In this document: one piece after another, positions 1 through 10,042 of the stretch
How the letters are laid out: each line of letters begins with the position of its first letter
Position numbering within the stretch: the stretch's first letter is position 1
From: a bacterium
GTDB lineage: Bacteria > UBA8248
Assembly: GCA_965213625.1 (NCBI GenBank)
Contig: CBDBZU010000004.1
Span: 1,184,001-1,248,000, forward strand
Length of the DNA: 64,000 nt
Direction of reading: 5' to 3'
Notes under the pieces: generated by a model
Databases searched by the model: none
Seen by the model: the letters and a program-made list of their open reading frames with translations, nothing else
Told to the model about the DNA's origin: nothing
Program-made: the position numbers and the translations under genes

Positions 1-114
1 AATTTCATCGTACAGTGAGTCCAACGCGCCGAATTCTTCCGGTTCGGGTGGAAGTGATGTCATAGGAACACCACCAGAAGAGATGTCGAGCAAATCATCG
101 GGTTCATTCGCCAT
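1..114 (-). CDS. Hypothetical protein, 5' part only (runs off window edge)
   Basis: ATG at 114 preceded by AAGGA; open frame MANEPDDLLDISSGGVPMTSLPPEPEEFGALDSLYDEI to position 1; divergent from glyA. Confidence 0.5.
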   Translation of the reverse strand, partial: MANEPDDLLDISSGGVPMTSLPPEPEEFGALDSLYDEI

Positions 115-279
115 GATAAATTCCTTTTCATGAGATTATTGAATGCCATTATAGCTTCTGCAGCATGATGGCACATATGCCTTTTTGATATTGACGTCCC
201 GAAGTCGGTTTGTTAGCTTCGACCCGGTCGAGAAATTCTGTACTATACCCCACGCCTGAAAAACTTGGAGGTTTCATCG

Positions 280-1536
280 ATGTCGTCGGCACTTGCGCTG
301 AGAGATCCCGATATTTTCGCCGCCATGGAAGATGAAAAAGAACGTCAGGCCGATGAACTCGAACTCATCGCTTCGGAGAACTACGTGAGCGAAGCGGTGA
401 TGGAAGCGGTAGGCGGCGTGATGACGAACAAGTATGCGGAGGGATTTCCGGGAAGGCGCTACTATGGTGGTTGTCAGTTTGTGGATGTAGCCGAGTCACT
501 CGCCATCGAACGGGCGAAGTCTCTTTTCGGCATGGGTCACGCCTCCGTGCAGCCGCATAGCGGCGCCCAGGCGAACGCCGCGGTGTATTACGGATTGCTG
601 GAGCCGGGCAATACGATCCTGGGGATGAACCTCTCGCATGGGGGACACCTCACCCACGGCCATCCCGTCACATTCTCGGGTCGTTGGTTCAAGGTCGTGG
701 CCTATGGGGTCGACCCCGAAAACCATGTCATCGATTTCGACGAAGTGGAAAGCCAGGCGAAAGAACATCGACCCAAAATCATCGTCGTGGGTGCGAGCGC
801 GTACCCACGAACCATCGACTATGCGCGCTTCAGGGAGATTGCAGATGAGGTAGGTGCCGTGGTGATGGCGGATATCGCCCATGTCGCGGGGCTCATCGCC
901 GGCGGCGCGCATCCAAATCCGGCGGGGCACGCGCAGATTGTCACGACCACGACGCACAAGACGCTCAGGGGCCCTCGCGGCGGCATGATTCTCTGCGACG
1001 AAGACTACGCGGCCGAGATGAACAAAGCTGTCTTTCCCGGTCTTCAAGGCGGTCCTTTAATGCATGTCGTCGCCGCCAAGGCGGTCGCGTTCAAGGAGGC
1101 GAGCACACCCGAATTCAAGGAATATTCGGCGCAGATTGTGAAAAACGCCAAGGCGCTCGCGGACGCGCTTCTTAAGCGCGGCATCCATCTCGTCTCGGGC
1201 GGTACGGATAACCACCTGATTCTCCTGGATCTGCGTGAATCCGGTTTCAGCGGCAAAAAGGCGGAAGCCGCACTGGGGCAAGCGGGAATTACGGTGAACA
1301 AGAACGCAATTCCTTTCGATACCAGAAAGCCGGCGTTCACGAGCGGAATACGCGTAGGGACGCCCGCATTGACCTCGCGCCACATGAAAGAAGCCGAGAT
1401 GAAAGTCGTGGGAGGCTGGATAGCCGACGTGCTGGCCGACATTAAGGATGAAGCCCGCATCGCCTCGGTGAGGGAAGACGTCAGGTCTCTATGCGAGAAA
1501 TTTCCGATGGGTCCGGATGGAGCCAGGCCGGAGTAA
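280..1536 (+). CDS. glyA: Serine hydroxymethyltransferase
   Basis: Motifs [53 protein letters not shown] (PLP Lys); GGAGG RBS before ATG 280. Confidence 0.97.
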   Translation: MSSALALRDPDIFAAMEDEKERQADELELIASENYVSEAVMEAVGGVMTNKYAEGFPGRRYYGGCQFVDVAESLAIERAKSLFGMGHASVQPHSGAQANAAVYYGLLEPGNTILGMNLSHGGHLTHGHPVTFSGRWFKVVAYGVDPENHVIDFDEVESQAKEHRPKIIVVGASAYPRTIDYARFREIADEVGAVVMADIAHVAGLIAGGAHPNPAGHAQIVTTTTHKTLRGPRGGMILCDEDYAAEMNKAVFPGLQGGPLMHVVAAKAVAFKEASTPEFKEYSAQIVKNAKALADALLKRGIHLVSGGTDNHLILLDLRESGFSGKKAEAALGQAGITVNKNAIPFDTRKPAFTSGIRVGTPALTSRHMKEAEMKVVGGWIADVLADIKDEARIASVREDVRSLCEKFPMGPDGARPE

Positions 1537-1550
1537 TCAGGCATTCCACG

Positions 1551-2963
1551 CTAGAGAGGCGGCTTTTCGACTTTCACCACACCATTTTTTTCCAACTGAT
1601 GCACAAACGCCAGCGTATGGTGATCCGCAAAAGGCGCGCCCATGATTTGCGCACCAAGCGGCAGGCCCTCCTTGCTCATGCCTGAGGGAAACGCCGTGGA
1701 CGGCCCGCCAAGGAAATTCCAAAGTCTCGTCAAAGAGATCATGAGTGTTCGAATTTCGACTTCTTTGCCCCGAACCGTTCCGGTGGATTGAGAACGCAAA
1801 GCGGCGGGAATCGGCGTGGCTGCGGAAAGAACGAGGTCTACCTCACCGTACACTTCCTTGCATATGCGTTTCGTCCACTGTTCTCTGAATCGAAGCGCCT
1901 GGATATATGATGTGGCGGGAATGAAAAAGCCGGGTCTGATTCTCTCAAGGACCGCAGGGTCAAAATCTTGCGCATGGTTTCGTATGTTGTTCTCGTGTAC
2001 GGCCGCAGCTTCGGATACCATCAGCACGGCAGCCGCATGAAACGCGGTTTCGACGTCGGGTATTTCGACATCGACAACCTCGGCCCCTAGTTCCCGAATC
2101 GCCTTGGCAAGATTGTTCACCGCATCCGCCACTGGCGGTTCAGAGCGTTGTTCATAGTAATCACGCGCAAGACCGATGCGAAATTCTTTAAGTGGTTTAT
2201 TCAGAGCGTCCATGAAATCGGGCGTATCGCCGGCGATGGATGAAGCGTCGTCCGGGTCGTGTCCTGCAATGGCGGACATCATGATCGCGCAATCCTGAGC
2301 AGATCTGGCCAATGGCCCGAAAGAATCAAGCGACCACGATAGCGGCGCGCAGTTTGATTTCGTGACGAGGCCATGCGTGGGCTTGTGCCCGATGACCCCG
2401 CATAAGGATGCAGGAATCCGAATCGACCCACCCGTATCGGAACCAATGGCGATGGAAACCTGTCCCGTTGCCACGCTGTTTCCTGAACCGCCGCTTGAGC
2501 CTCCTGTGACCCGCTCGGTATCCCAGGGATTTTTCTGATCGCCGTAATGGGGGTTGTGTCCGGTGGGGCCAAAAGCGTATTCATGCAAGTTGAGTTTCCC
2601 GAGAATCACGCCCCCTGCCTGTCGTATCTTCCGAGTTAGCAGGGCATCCTCGTCCGCAATTTTATCTTTGTCGATAATGCTGCCCGCCGTGGTGGGCAGG
2701 CCTTTCATGTCAATCAAGTCTTTCAGGCCTATCGGCGCACCGGCCATGGGCCCCGGGTCGTCGCCCCGGGCGATGGCAGCGTCCACTTCTTGCGCCGACT
2801 TTAGGGCGCCCTCTGGATCAAGCTTGATCCAGGAGTTTAAACCTGCGCCGATTTTCCTCGAATGTTCCAGATACACCTCGGTGACTGCGGCAGCGCTGAT
2901 TGTTCTTTCTTTGATTTGTGCGACGATTTCCGCAGCTGTGAGGTTCGTGAGGTTGTTCGTCAA
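1551..2963 (-). CDS. Amidase signature family protein (GatA-like, substrate unknown)
   Basis: GLKDL, GGSSGGS and GSDTGGSIRIPAS (Lys-cisSer-Ser triad); probable TTG start at 2963 after GGGAG; no gatB/gatC nearby. Confidence 0.88.
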   Translation of the reverse strand: MTNNLTNLTAAEIVAQIKERTISAAAVTEVYLEHSRKIGAGLNSWIKLDPEGALKSAQEVDAAIARGDDPGPMAGAPIGLKDLIDMKGLPTTAGSIIDKDKIADEDALLTRKIRQAGGVILGKLNLHEYAFGPTGHNPHYGDQKNPWDTERVTGGSSGGSGNSVATGQVSIAIGSDTGGSIRIPASLCGVIGHKPTHGLVTKSNCAPLSWSLDSFGPLARSAQDCAIMMSAIAGHDPDDASSIAGDTPDFMDALNKPLKEFRIGLARDYYEQRSEPPVADAVNNLAKAIRELGAEVVDVEIPDVETAFHAAAVLMVSEAAAVHENNIRNHAQDFDPAVLERIRPGFFIPATSYIQALRFREQWTKRICKEVYGEVDLVLSAATPIPAALRSQSTGTVRGKEVEIRTLMISLTRLWNFLGGPSTAFPSGMSKEGLPLGAQIMGAPFADHHTLAFVHQLEKNGVVKVEKPPL

Positions 2964-3397
2964 TTTATTTCTCCCTCGCGAGGGAGCGCAGGATTCCGGC
3001 GTGCCCTCCAGGCTCTGTTTTTGGCGCAAGGTGTTCCCGTAATTGAGAATGTCCTTTCTCCATATTTTCCATTGTGGCGATAATGACGGCGCGTCGTTCG
3101 GTATCGAGGGAGTCTGTAAATACATCCTCACATCGAGATTTTAACGAATCGTCTGAAATCGGCATTTTTTCTCCTGAAAATCGTGGCTTATGGCAACATT
3201 TGATGATGTGGTGATTTGTTCGTGAATGGACACATGATGCGATTTCTCAAATGGCATTGCAATCGAAAGAGCTGAATATCATCGATATTAGTTTGAGAGT
3301 ATTAGGAAGGTTTTCATTTTATTCATGGTTGCCTACATGCAAGTCAAAAGGCAAAATAGAGAGTGTATTAGTTTTACTTCGCCCTCCAGGGGAATTC

Positions 3398-4045
3398 GTG
3401 AGTAAATTCATCAGGCTCATCTTAATCATCTCGTTTTTGCCTGTATGGGTAAATGGATGTGTGCCTGCGGCGGTTATAGTCGCCCAGAAGGGTATAAAGA
3501 GCGCCTTTGAGGATCGCTCTCTCAACCAGCAGCTTGAAGATGCGAAAATACATGCGAATTTGCTGCAAGAGTATTTGCGCGTGGATAGTGGTTTGCCTGT
3601 CGATGTGAATACGGACGTGTGGGAAGGTAGGGTTTTGCTGACCGGCGTGGTGGATGTGGAGAGAAAAATAGAGGCTGTTTTAAGTATTGCGCGGGGCGAC
3701 CCTAGAATCAAAGCAATTTATAATCACATTGTTCTCGGCTCCTCGGCCGAGGTCGAACGCAACCGCGAGGCGGCGAAGACGAAACCAGCCGTGGAGCGCG
3801 ACATCGTCAAGGTTAGCCGAATTGCCAGCGATGCTTGGATAGAAGCGAAGCTCAAGGGCCAATTTTTAGCGACCCAGGGTGTTAATTCCGTGAATTACCG
3901 CTGGCAGTCCGTGCGTAACAAGCTCTATATCATCGGTCAGGCCAGAACGGAGTCCGAAAAAAAACTGGTTCTTCAGATTATTCGCGGGACAAAGGGTGTG
4001 ATTCATATCGAAGAATATATTCAAGTAAAACCGATTCAAAAGTAA
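3398..4045 (+). CDS. Dual-BON domain lipoprotein (DolP/OsmY-like)
   Basis: Hydrophobic N-terminus ending VNG-C; two BON-like units (DAKIHANL...EGRVLLTG and DAWIEAKLK...LYIIG). Confidence 0.8.
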   Translation: MSKFIRLILIISFLPVWVNGCVPAAVIVAQKGIKSAFEDRSLNQQLEDAKIHANLLQEYLRVDSGLPVDVNTDVWEGRVLLTGVVDVERKIEAVLSIARGDPRIKAIYNHIVLGSSAEVERNREAAKTKPAVERDIVKVSRIASDAWIEAKLKGQFLATQGVNSVNYRWQSVRNKLYIIGQARTESEKKLVLQIIRGTKGVIHIEEYIQVKPIQK

Positions 4046-4085
4046 AGTTTCTGAAGAATTCTCCTTTCAAGTGGTTCTCGAATAG

Positions 4086-5099
4086 ATGATACGTTTGAGT
4101 GTTTTGGATCAATCTCCCATTCGCTCGGGAGGAACGGCGGCTGACGCCATCAACGAGACCGTCCAGTTGGCGCTAGCCGCTGAGCGCCTGGGCTATCATC
4201 GTTACTGGTTGGCGGAACATCACAGCCACGGGGCGTTCGCGGGCACATCGCCCGAAGTTTTAATCGGCCGGATCGCCGCAACAACAGAGACAATTCGCGT
4301 GGGATCTGGTGGGGTCATGCTCAGTCACTACAGCGCGCTCAAGGTAGCCGAATCATTCCGGGTGCTGGAGACTCTCTATCCGGGTCGCATCGATTTGGGT
4401 TTGGGCCGCGCCCCGGGGGCCGACAGGCTCACATCTGCGGCTTTGGCGCCAGAGCAGAGTGGTTTTCGCTACGATGATTTCCCGCAAAAAGTTTCCGACC
4501 TTAGGGGTTGGGTTGAAGGGTCGTTGCCTGAAGAACATCCCTTCGCCCGAATAAGCGCCATGCCTACAGGCATGACGGCGCCCGAAATGTGGCTCCTCGG
4601 AACTTCGGATCAAAGCGCGATTCTCGCTGCTCATTTTGGTTGTGCTTTTTCTTTCGCGCATTTCATAAACACCTATGGCAGCGTCCAGGTGATGGATATG
4701 TACCGTAGGGAATTTCGTCCATCGGTCAAATGCAAGGAGCCCGCGGGAAGTCTTGCGGTTTTTGTGATCTGCGCAACCACTGAAGAAGAAGCGCTCTACC
4801 ATGCGTCCAGCAGGCCTCTGGTAATGCTCAGAAGCCGCCGTGGCGAGGGGGGCGGTGTGCCTACACCCGAGGAGGCGCTCGCCTACCCGTGGACGAACAT
4901 GGAGCGCGCTTTTGCTGAAGATATCGACAGCAGAACCATCGCGGGGGATCCGGAACAAGTTAAGAAAAGGCTCGAAACCTTGGCATCCGAGCACAAAGTC
5001 TCGGAGCTCGTTATCGTGAACGTGATGCACAGTTTCGAGGCCAGGGTGAAATCCTATGAGCTTTTGGCTGAGATTTTCGAACTGAAAGGAAACCCGTAA
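4086..5099 (+). CDS. Luciferase-like (LLM) flavin-dependent oxidoreductase, YhbW-type
   Basis: LSVLDQSPI, YWLAEHH, IRVGSGGVML.HYSALKVAE, PGRIDLGLGRAPG. Confidence 0.92.
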   Translation: MIRLSVLDQSPIRSGGTAADAINETVQLALAAERLGYHRYWLAEHHSHGAFAGTSPEVLIGRIAATTETIRVGSGGVMLSHYSALKVAESFRVLETLYPGRIDLGLGRAPGADRLTSAALAPEQSGFRYDDFPQKVSDLRGWVEGSLPEEHPFARISAMPTGMTAPEMWLLGTSDQSAILAAHFGCAFSFAHFINTYGSVQVMDMYRREFRPSVKCKEPAGSLAVFVICATTEEEALYHASSRPLVMLRSRRGEGGGVPTPEEALAYPWTNMERAFAEDIDSRTIAGDPEQVKKRLETLASEHKVSELVIVNVMHSFEARVKSYELLAEIFELKGNP

Positions 5100-5218
5100 T
5101 GGTTTAGACCCGAATGGATGGTTCTGATACTCTTCGCCGTCGACCTTGAGGTTCACATCTGGTGCATTTATGAGTGACGATGTGTTTTGCGTCCACCAAT
5201 ATTTCAAAGGAGTAATTC

Positions 5219-5716
5219 ATGGCGCTTTCCGCTGTATTAACGACCAGCCGGGGTGAGATACGGCTTGATTTACATGAGGATAAAACCCCGGTGACGGTGG
5301 CCAGCTTTGTGAATCTCGCCAAACGGGGTTTCTACGATGGCCTTATTTTTCACCGTGTGATCTCTGATTTCATGATTCAGGGCGGCTGCCCTTTGGGCGC
5401 TGGAACGGGTGGACCCGGCTATCAGTTCGAGGATGAATGCTCCCCCGATCTTCCCCATGACGGTCCCGGTGTTCTTTCGATGGCGAATGCAGGCCCAGGT
5501 ACGAATGGATCTCAGTTTTTCATCACCCATGTGCCGACCGCCTGGCTTGATGGAAATCATACTGTTTTTGGACGTGTCACTTCGGGTCAAGACGTGGTGG
5601 ATGCGATTGAGCAGGGTGATGGAATTGAGAAAATCGAGATCGAGGGTGACACCTCCGAGTTGCTTGCAGCGCAAAAAGACAGAATTGCAGAATGGAACAA
5701 GGTGCTGGACAGTTAG
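5219..5716 (+). CDS. Cyclophilin-type peptidyl-prolyl cis-trans isomerase
   Basis: [49 protein letters not shown]. Confidence 0.96.
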   Translation: MALSAVLTTSRGEIRLDLHEDKTPVTVASFVNLAKRGFYDGLIFHRVISDFMIQGGCPLGAGTGGPGYQFEDECSPDLPHDGPGVLSMANAGPGTNGSQFFITHVPTAWLDGNHTVFGRVTSGQDVVDAIEQGDGIEKIEIEGDTSELLAAQKDRIAEWNKVLDS

Positions 5717-5719
5717 AGA

Positions 5720-7525
5720 TTAAGCGTGTTTTCTGGCCTTTAGTTCCGTTTTACGCAACCGAAAGATTTCGGGTGTTACTTCCAGGCATTCGCCCTCGCG
5801 CAGAAATTCGAGCGCTTCTTCCAGGCTGAACCGCTTGGGCGGTATGAGTTGAGCCGATATGTCGGCATGAGCGGCCCGAATGTTGGTGAGTTTCTTCTCT
5901 TTCGAAATGTTCACGAACATGTCCTGTTCTCGGCTGTTTTCTCCTATGATCATTCCTTCATAGACTTCTTCCGTCGGCGCGACGAAGAGGGTTCCGCGCT
6001 CTTGAATGTTTTCCACTGCATATGATGTGGTTTTGCCCGCGCGGTCAGAAATCAAGGCGCCCGTCGATCTGCCCGGAAGATCGCCCGCCCATTCACTCCA
6101 TCCGGCGAAAATGTGAGTGAGAATTCCCGTTCCCCGTGTCTGGGTGAGGAAATCGTTACGATATCCGATGAGACCCCGGCTGGGAATGTTAAACTCGAGC
6201 CGCGCGCGTCCTTTGCCATGGTTGATCATTTTGGTCATTTTCCCTTTGCGTGCGCCCAAGCCCTGTGTGATGGCCCCGATGAATTCTTCCGGAATATCCA
6301 CCACCACGTTTTCCATGGGCTCCATGATTTTGCCGTCTTGTTTGCGCGTAATGACTTCAGGTCGGCCGACGGTGAGTTCGTATTTCTCGCGCCTGAGTTG
6401 CTCGATCAGTACGGCGAGTTGCAAAGAACCACGTCCGGACACGCGCAAGGCATCCGCAGAACTGGTTTCCTCGACTTTGATGGCCACATTGTTTCTGGCT
6501 TCTCTCAGGAGCCTTTCTCGAATCTGGCGCGAGGTGAGGTATTTACCGCTACGACCCGCCAGAGGAGTATCGTTAATTCTGAAATTCATGGCGATGGTGG
6601 GTTCATCTACGGTAATGGCGGGCAACGCAACTGGGTTGTCTACATCCGCAATGGTGTCTCCAATTTCAACGTGCTCCAAACCGGCCACGGCCACGATATC
6701 GCCTCCATGCGCTTCTTCTATCTGGTAGCGGCTCAATCCTTCATAGCCGAACAATGAGGCGATCTCCCCTTTATTCTGGTTCCCATTTGGCCCCAAAACC
6801 AAGGCCTGGGTCTTTGTATTTAGTTGCCCATTCCAAATTCGGCCAATGGAAAGACGGCCCACGTAATTGTCGTATTCGAGGCGGGAGACGAGCATCTGAA
6901 GTGGTTTGTCTGCGTCATATGAGGGTGGTGGTATCGTGTTCTGAAGTGTATTGAACAAGGATTCCAATGTGGGAGAAAGGGTATCGGGCTCGAGACCGGC
7001 CTTACCCTCTCGGGCGATGGCGTAGAGTACGGGAAAATCAAGCTGGGTTTCCCCGGCATCCAGATCGATGAACAGATCATAGATTTCGTCAAGAACTTGT
7101 TCTGGTCTTGCATCTGGGCGGTCGATTTTATTGATAACCACTACGAAGGGGAGCTTCCGCTCCAGGGCCTTGTTGACCACGAACCGCGTTTGCGGCAGAG
7201 GGCCTTCCGAAGCGTCGACCAAAAGCATCACACCATCCACCATGGAGAGAACGCGCTCCACCTCGCCACCGAAATCTGCATGCCCCGGTGTATCCACGAT
7301 GTTGTAGCGAATTCCCTTGAAATCGATGGCGCAGTTTTTCGCCATGATGGTGATTCCCTTCTCCCGCTCGAGATCCATCGAATCAAGAACGCGCTCGGCC
7401 ACGTCTTGCCCTTCGCGGAAGATCCCGCTTTGCCAGAGCATGGAATCCACAAGAGTGGTTTTGCCGTGATCAACGTGAGCAATGATGGCGAGATTTCTCA
7501 GGTCGGTTCGTTCCATGATAGCCAT
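5720..7525 (-). CDS. typA: Translational GTPase TypA/BipA
   Basis: [52 protein letters not shown]. Confidence 0.97.
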   Translation of the reverse strand: MAIMERTDLRNLAIIAHVDHGKTTLVDSMLWQSGIFREGQDVAERVLDSMDLEREKGITIMAKNCAIDFKGIRYNIVDTPGHADFGGEVERVLSMVDGVMLLVDASEGPLPQTRFVVNKALERKLPFVVVINKIDRPDARPEQVLDEIYDLFIDLDAGETQLDFPVLYAIAREGKAGLEPDTLSPTLESLFNTLQNTIPPPSYDADKPLQMLVSRLEYDNYVGRLSIGRIWNGQLNTKTQALVLGPNGNQNKGEIASLFGYEGLSRYQIEEAHGGDIVAVAGLEHVEIGDTIADVDNPVALPAITVDEPTIAMNFRINDTPLAGRSGKYLTSRQIRERLLREARNNVAIKVEETSSADALRVSGRGSLQLAVLIEQLRREKYELTVGRPEVITRKQDGKIMEPMENVVVDIPEEFIGAITQGLGARKGKMTKMINHGKGRARLEFNIPSRGLIGYRNDFLTQTRGTGILTHIFAGWSEWAGDLPGRSTGALISDRAGKTTSYAVENIQERGTLFVAPTEEVYEGMIIGENSREQDMFVNISKEKKLTNIRAAHADISAQLIPPKRFSLEEALEFLREGECLEVTPEIFRLRKTELKARKHA

Positions 7526-7718
7526 TTGATTCTCTCTTCAAGTTTCGCAATATCCAGTAAGCGCCCAAAGCGCGGGGATAATGGAGTAATTGGAAGATAA
7601 TAACAAGAGAAGAAAGGTTCTAATTTTAATTGTAGGATGCTGGAAATTCATAAATAGGATATTATGACCTGATGGATTCCTGATTTTCCTGTTTACACTT
7701 CAATGGGGGAAACTCGCC

Positions 7719-8924
7719 GTGAAATTTTCTTTTTTCATGATGCCGATTCACCACCCCTCTGAAAATCCATCGCTTGCCTACCAGCGTGACATATCGCTCA
7801 TCGAATATGCCGACGAACTCGACTTTGATGAATTCTATATCGGGGAACACCATTCCGGTGGTTGGGAGACGATACCGGCACCGGAGATGGCTCTTGCCAT
7901 GGCTGCGGCCAAGGCGAAGCGAATTCGTTTGGGCACTTCCGTGATCAGTGTTCCTTTCCATCATCCGTTTCATTTGGCGGAGCGAATGGCGTTTCTGGAC
8001 CAACTAACCAGAGGACGCGTCATTTTCGGTGTGGGACCGAGCAATTTGGTGAGTGACATCAAGTTGTTTGACATCCCACCGGGCGATCTGCGTCCGATGC
8101 TGAACGAATCGGTGGATATCATGGTCAAACTCCTGGAATCTCCTGAACCTTTTGATTACGAGGGCCGGTTCTGGAAGTTGAGAAATGTGTGTCTCCAGGT
8201 GCGCTCCTACCAAAAGCCCAGAATGCCGTTCGCCATCGCATCGGCGGGAAGCCGTGGGGCAATCGATATGGCTGCTCGATATGAAATGATTTTGCTTTCC
8301 TTCGGTGGCAAGAAAATCATGGAAAACCTTCCGCTCTCTGAGCAATGGCCCTACATGGAGGAATGTGCGCGAAAATACGGCACGCAAGTATCGCGCGAGA
8401 ACTGGAGAATCACCACGTACGTACATCTTGCCGAGAGCCGAGAGAAAGCCTGGGCCGATATCGAAAAGTATGCCCTCCGAGATATGAATTACTTTATGGA
8501 TATTGGCTTGAAGCCTGCTTATGAGGCATACCCCGACCAGCCGCGCTCTGAAATCACACCAAAAACAGCCGCAGAGCAAAGATACTGGATAGTTGGCACA
8601 CCTGAAGACGCGATTGAGACAATCGAGAAAATACAGGAGGAATCAGGAGGATTCGGTGGACTCATGCTTACGACTCATGAGTGGGTGAACGATCAGAAAA
8701 TAAGAAACTCACTCGAATTGTTTGCGCGATATGTGATGCCACATTTCCGGGGGCATGCAAAGGATTTCCAAAACGAGTGGCGAAGACTACAAAAGGATGT
8801 TGCGCAAGGCGAGATGCCTTCTCCCGGGGGAACTCCTTCATGGGAGACACCTGGGTTCGAAGCACACAGGAGCAATTTGTTCACCTATACACCGGAGAGC
8901 GGGAATTTTCCGAAAGAGAACTGA
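7719..8924 (+). CDS. LLM class flavin-dependent monooxygenase
   Basis: MPIHHP, YIGEHHSGGWETIPAPE, IRLGTSV, LDQLTRGRVIFGVGP, SLELFARYVMPHF. Confidence 0.88.
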   Translation: MKFSFFMMPIHHPSENPSLAYQRDISLIEYADELDFDEFYIGEHHSGGWETIPAPEMALAMAAAKAKRIRLGTSVISVPFHHPFHLAERMAFLDQLTRGRVIFGVGPSNLVSDIKLFDIPPGDLRPMLNESVDIMVKLLESPEPFDYEGRFWKLRNVCLQVRSYQKPRMPFAIASAGSRGAIDMAARYEMILLSFGGKKIMENLPLSEQWPYMEECARKYGTQVSRENWRITTYVHLAESREKAWADIEKYALRDMNYFMDIGLKPAYEAYPDQPRSEITPKTAAEQRYWIVGTPEDAIETIEKIQEESGGFGGLMLTTHEWVNDQKIRNSLELFARYVMPHFRGHAKDFQNEWRRLQKDVAQGEMPSPGGTPSWETPGFEAHRSNLFTYTPESGNFPKEN

Positions 8925-9028
8925 TGAGAGAAACGAAAATGGGGTAGGAACTTTGCTCTCAATATAGTCGTACAGACGGCATGTTCTCTTAGATTGCATA
9001 TGGAAGAATTTATAAATGCAATGTCAAA

Positions 9029-9961
9029 ATGGAGGTGTTGAGTATGGGCGTTACGTATTTCCACGAGGTGGAGGACGCCAACGAACCTTTACTTATACTG
9101 GCGTTTTCTGGATGGAATGATGCGGCCGAGTCTGCAACGGCAGCCGCACGCTATCTGGTTCAACATTTTCAGGGAAAACGAGTAGCGCAAATCCAGCCAG
9201 ATGAATTTTTCCAATTTGCGGATCAGAGGCCTACAGTTAAGCTCAGCGAATCCGGTGAGCGACGAATTACTTGGCCCCAGAACGAATTTTTCTATTGTCG
9301 AGCACCTGGTTTAGCACGGGATCTCATTGTTGGGATCGGTACCGAGCCCCATTTGAAATGGAAACACTTTAGCCGCGATGTTCTTGCGATAGGCAACCAC
9401 TACAATGCGCAAATGATTGTGACGATGGGGGCGTTGCTTGCGGGAGATCTTCATACCCAGCCCAGTCATTTGATGGCCATTGCGACCGATCCGCTATTGG
9501 TAAAACCCTCAGGGGTGGATATTACGCGCTATGAAGGTCCTACTGGAATCGTGGGAGTCATTCATACGCTCATGCAGGATGAGGGTTTTCCGGCAGTGAG
9601 TTTGTGGGTGAATGTGCCACACTACATTGCATCCCTATCCAACCCAAAAGCAACACGGGCTCTGTTGGACAAATTGAGCAATTTGGGTGGATTTAAAATA
9701 TCCTTGGATGATTTCGAGATCGCCATCGATACATTTGATGGACAGGTTGAGCAAATTATCGCCAAAGATCCTCGCATTGCCAAATATGTGGAGGATATTC
9801 AAAAAGGCCAGATTCCTGATGAGATCCCAGGGGTAGATTTTGAAGATACGTTCGAAGGAGAACCCGAGGAAGAGGAAGGAAAGTTGCCTCCCGGCGCCGA
9901 GGTAGCAGATGAGATTGAGCGCTTGCTCCGAAGAAAATCCAATGGACCGGAATCAAATTGA
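9029..9961 (+). CDS. PAC2 (proteasome assembly chaperone 2) family protein
   Basis: AFSGWNDAAESAT, RP.V, W...P.NEF, GTEPHLKW, YEGPTGIVGV, SLWVNVPHY...NPKATRALL. Confidence 0.85.
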   Translation: MEVLSMGVTYFHEVEDANEPLLILAFSGWNDAAESATAAARYLVQHFQGKRVAQIQPDEFFQFADQRPTVKLSESGERRITWPQNEFFYCRAPGLARDLIVGIGTEPHLKWKHFSRDVLAIGNHYNAQMIVTMGALLAGDLHTQPSHLMAIATDPLLVKPSGVDITRYEGPTGIVGVIHTLMQDEGFPAVSLWVNVPHYIASLSNPKATRALLDKLSNLGGFKISLDDFEIAIDTFDGQVEQIIAKDPRIAKYVEDIQKGQIPDEIPGVDFEDTFEGEPEEEEGKLPPGAEVADEIERLLRRKSNGPESN

Positions 9962-10042
9962 GTAATTGACGTCTGTATCTTTGCTATCATGTAAATCAAT
10001 TTCATCATTTCGAAAACTTAAGTCTTTCAGGAGCGGAGGTTT

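Noticed and set aside
115-279. ZTP or glycine riboswitch upstream of glyA
   Set aside because: The gap is short, shared with a divergent gene, and lacks the conserved cores of either aptamer.
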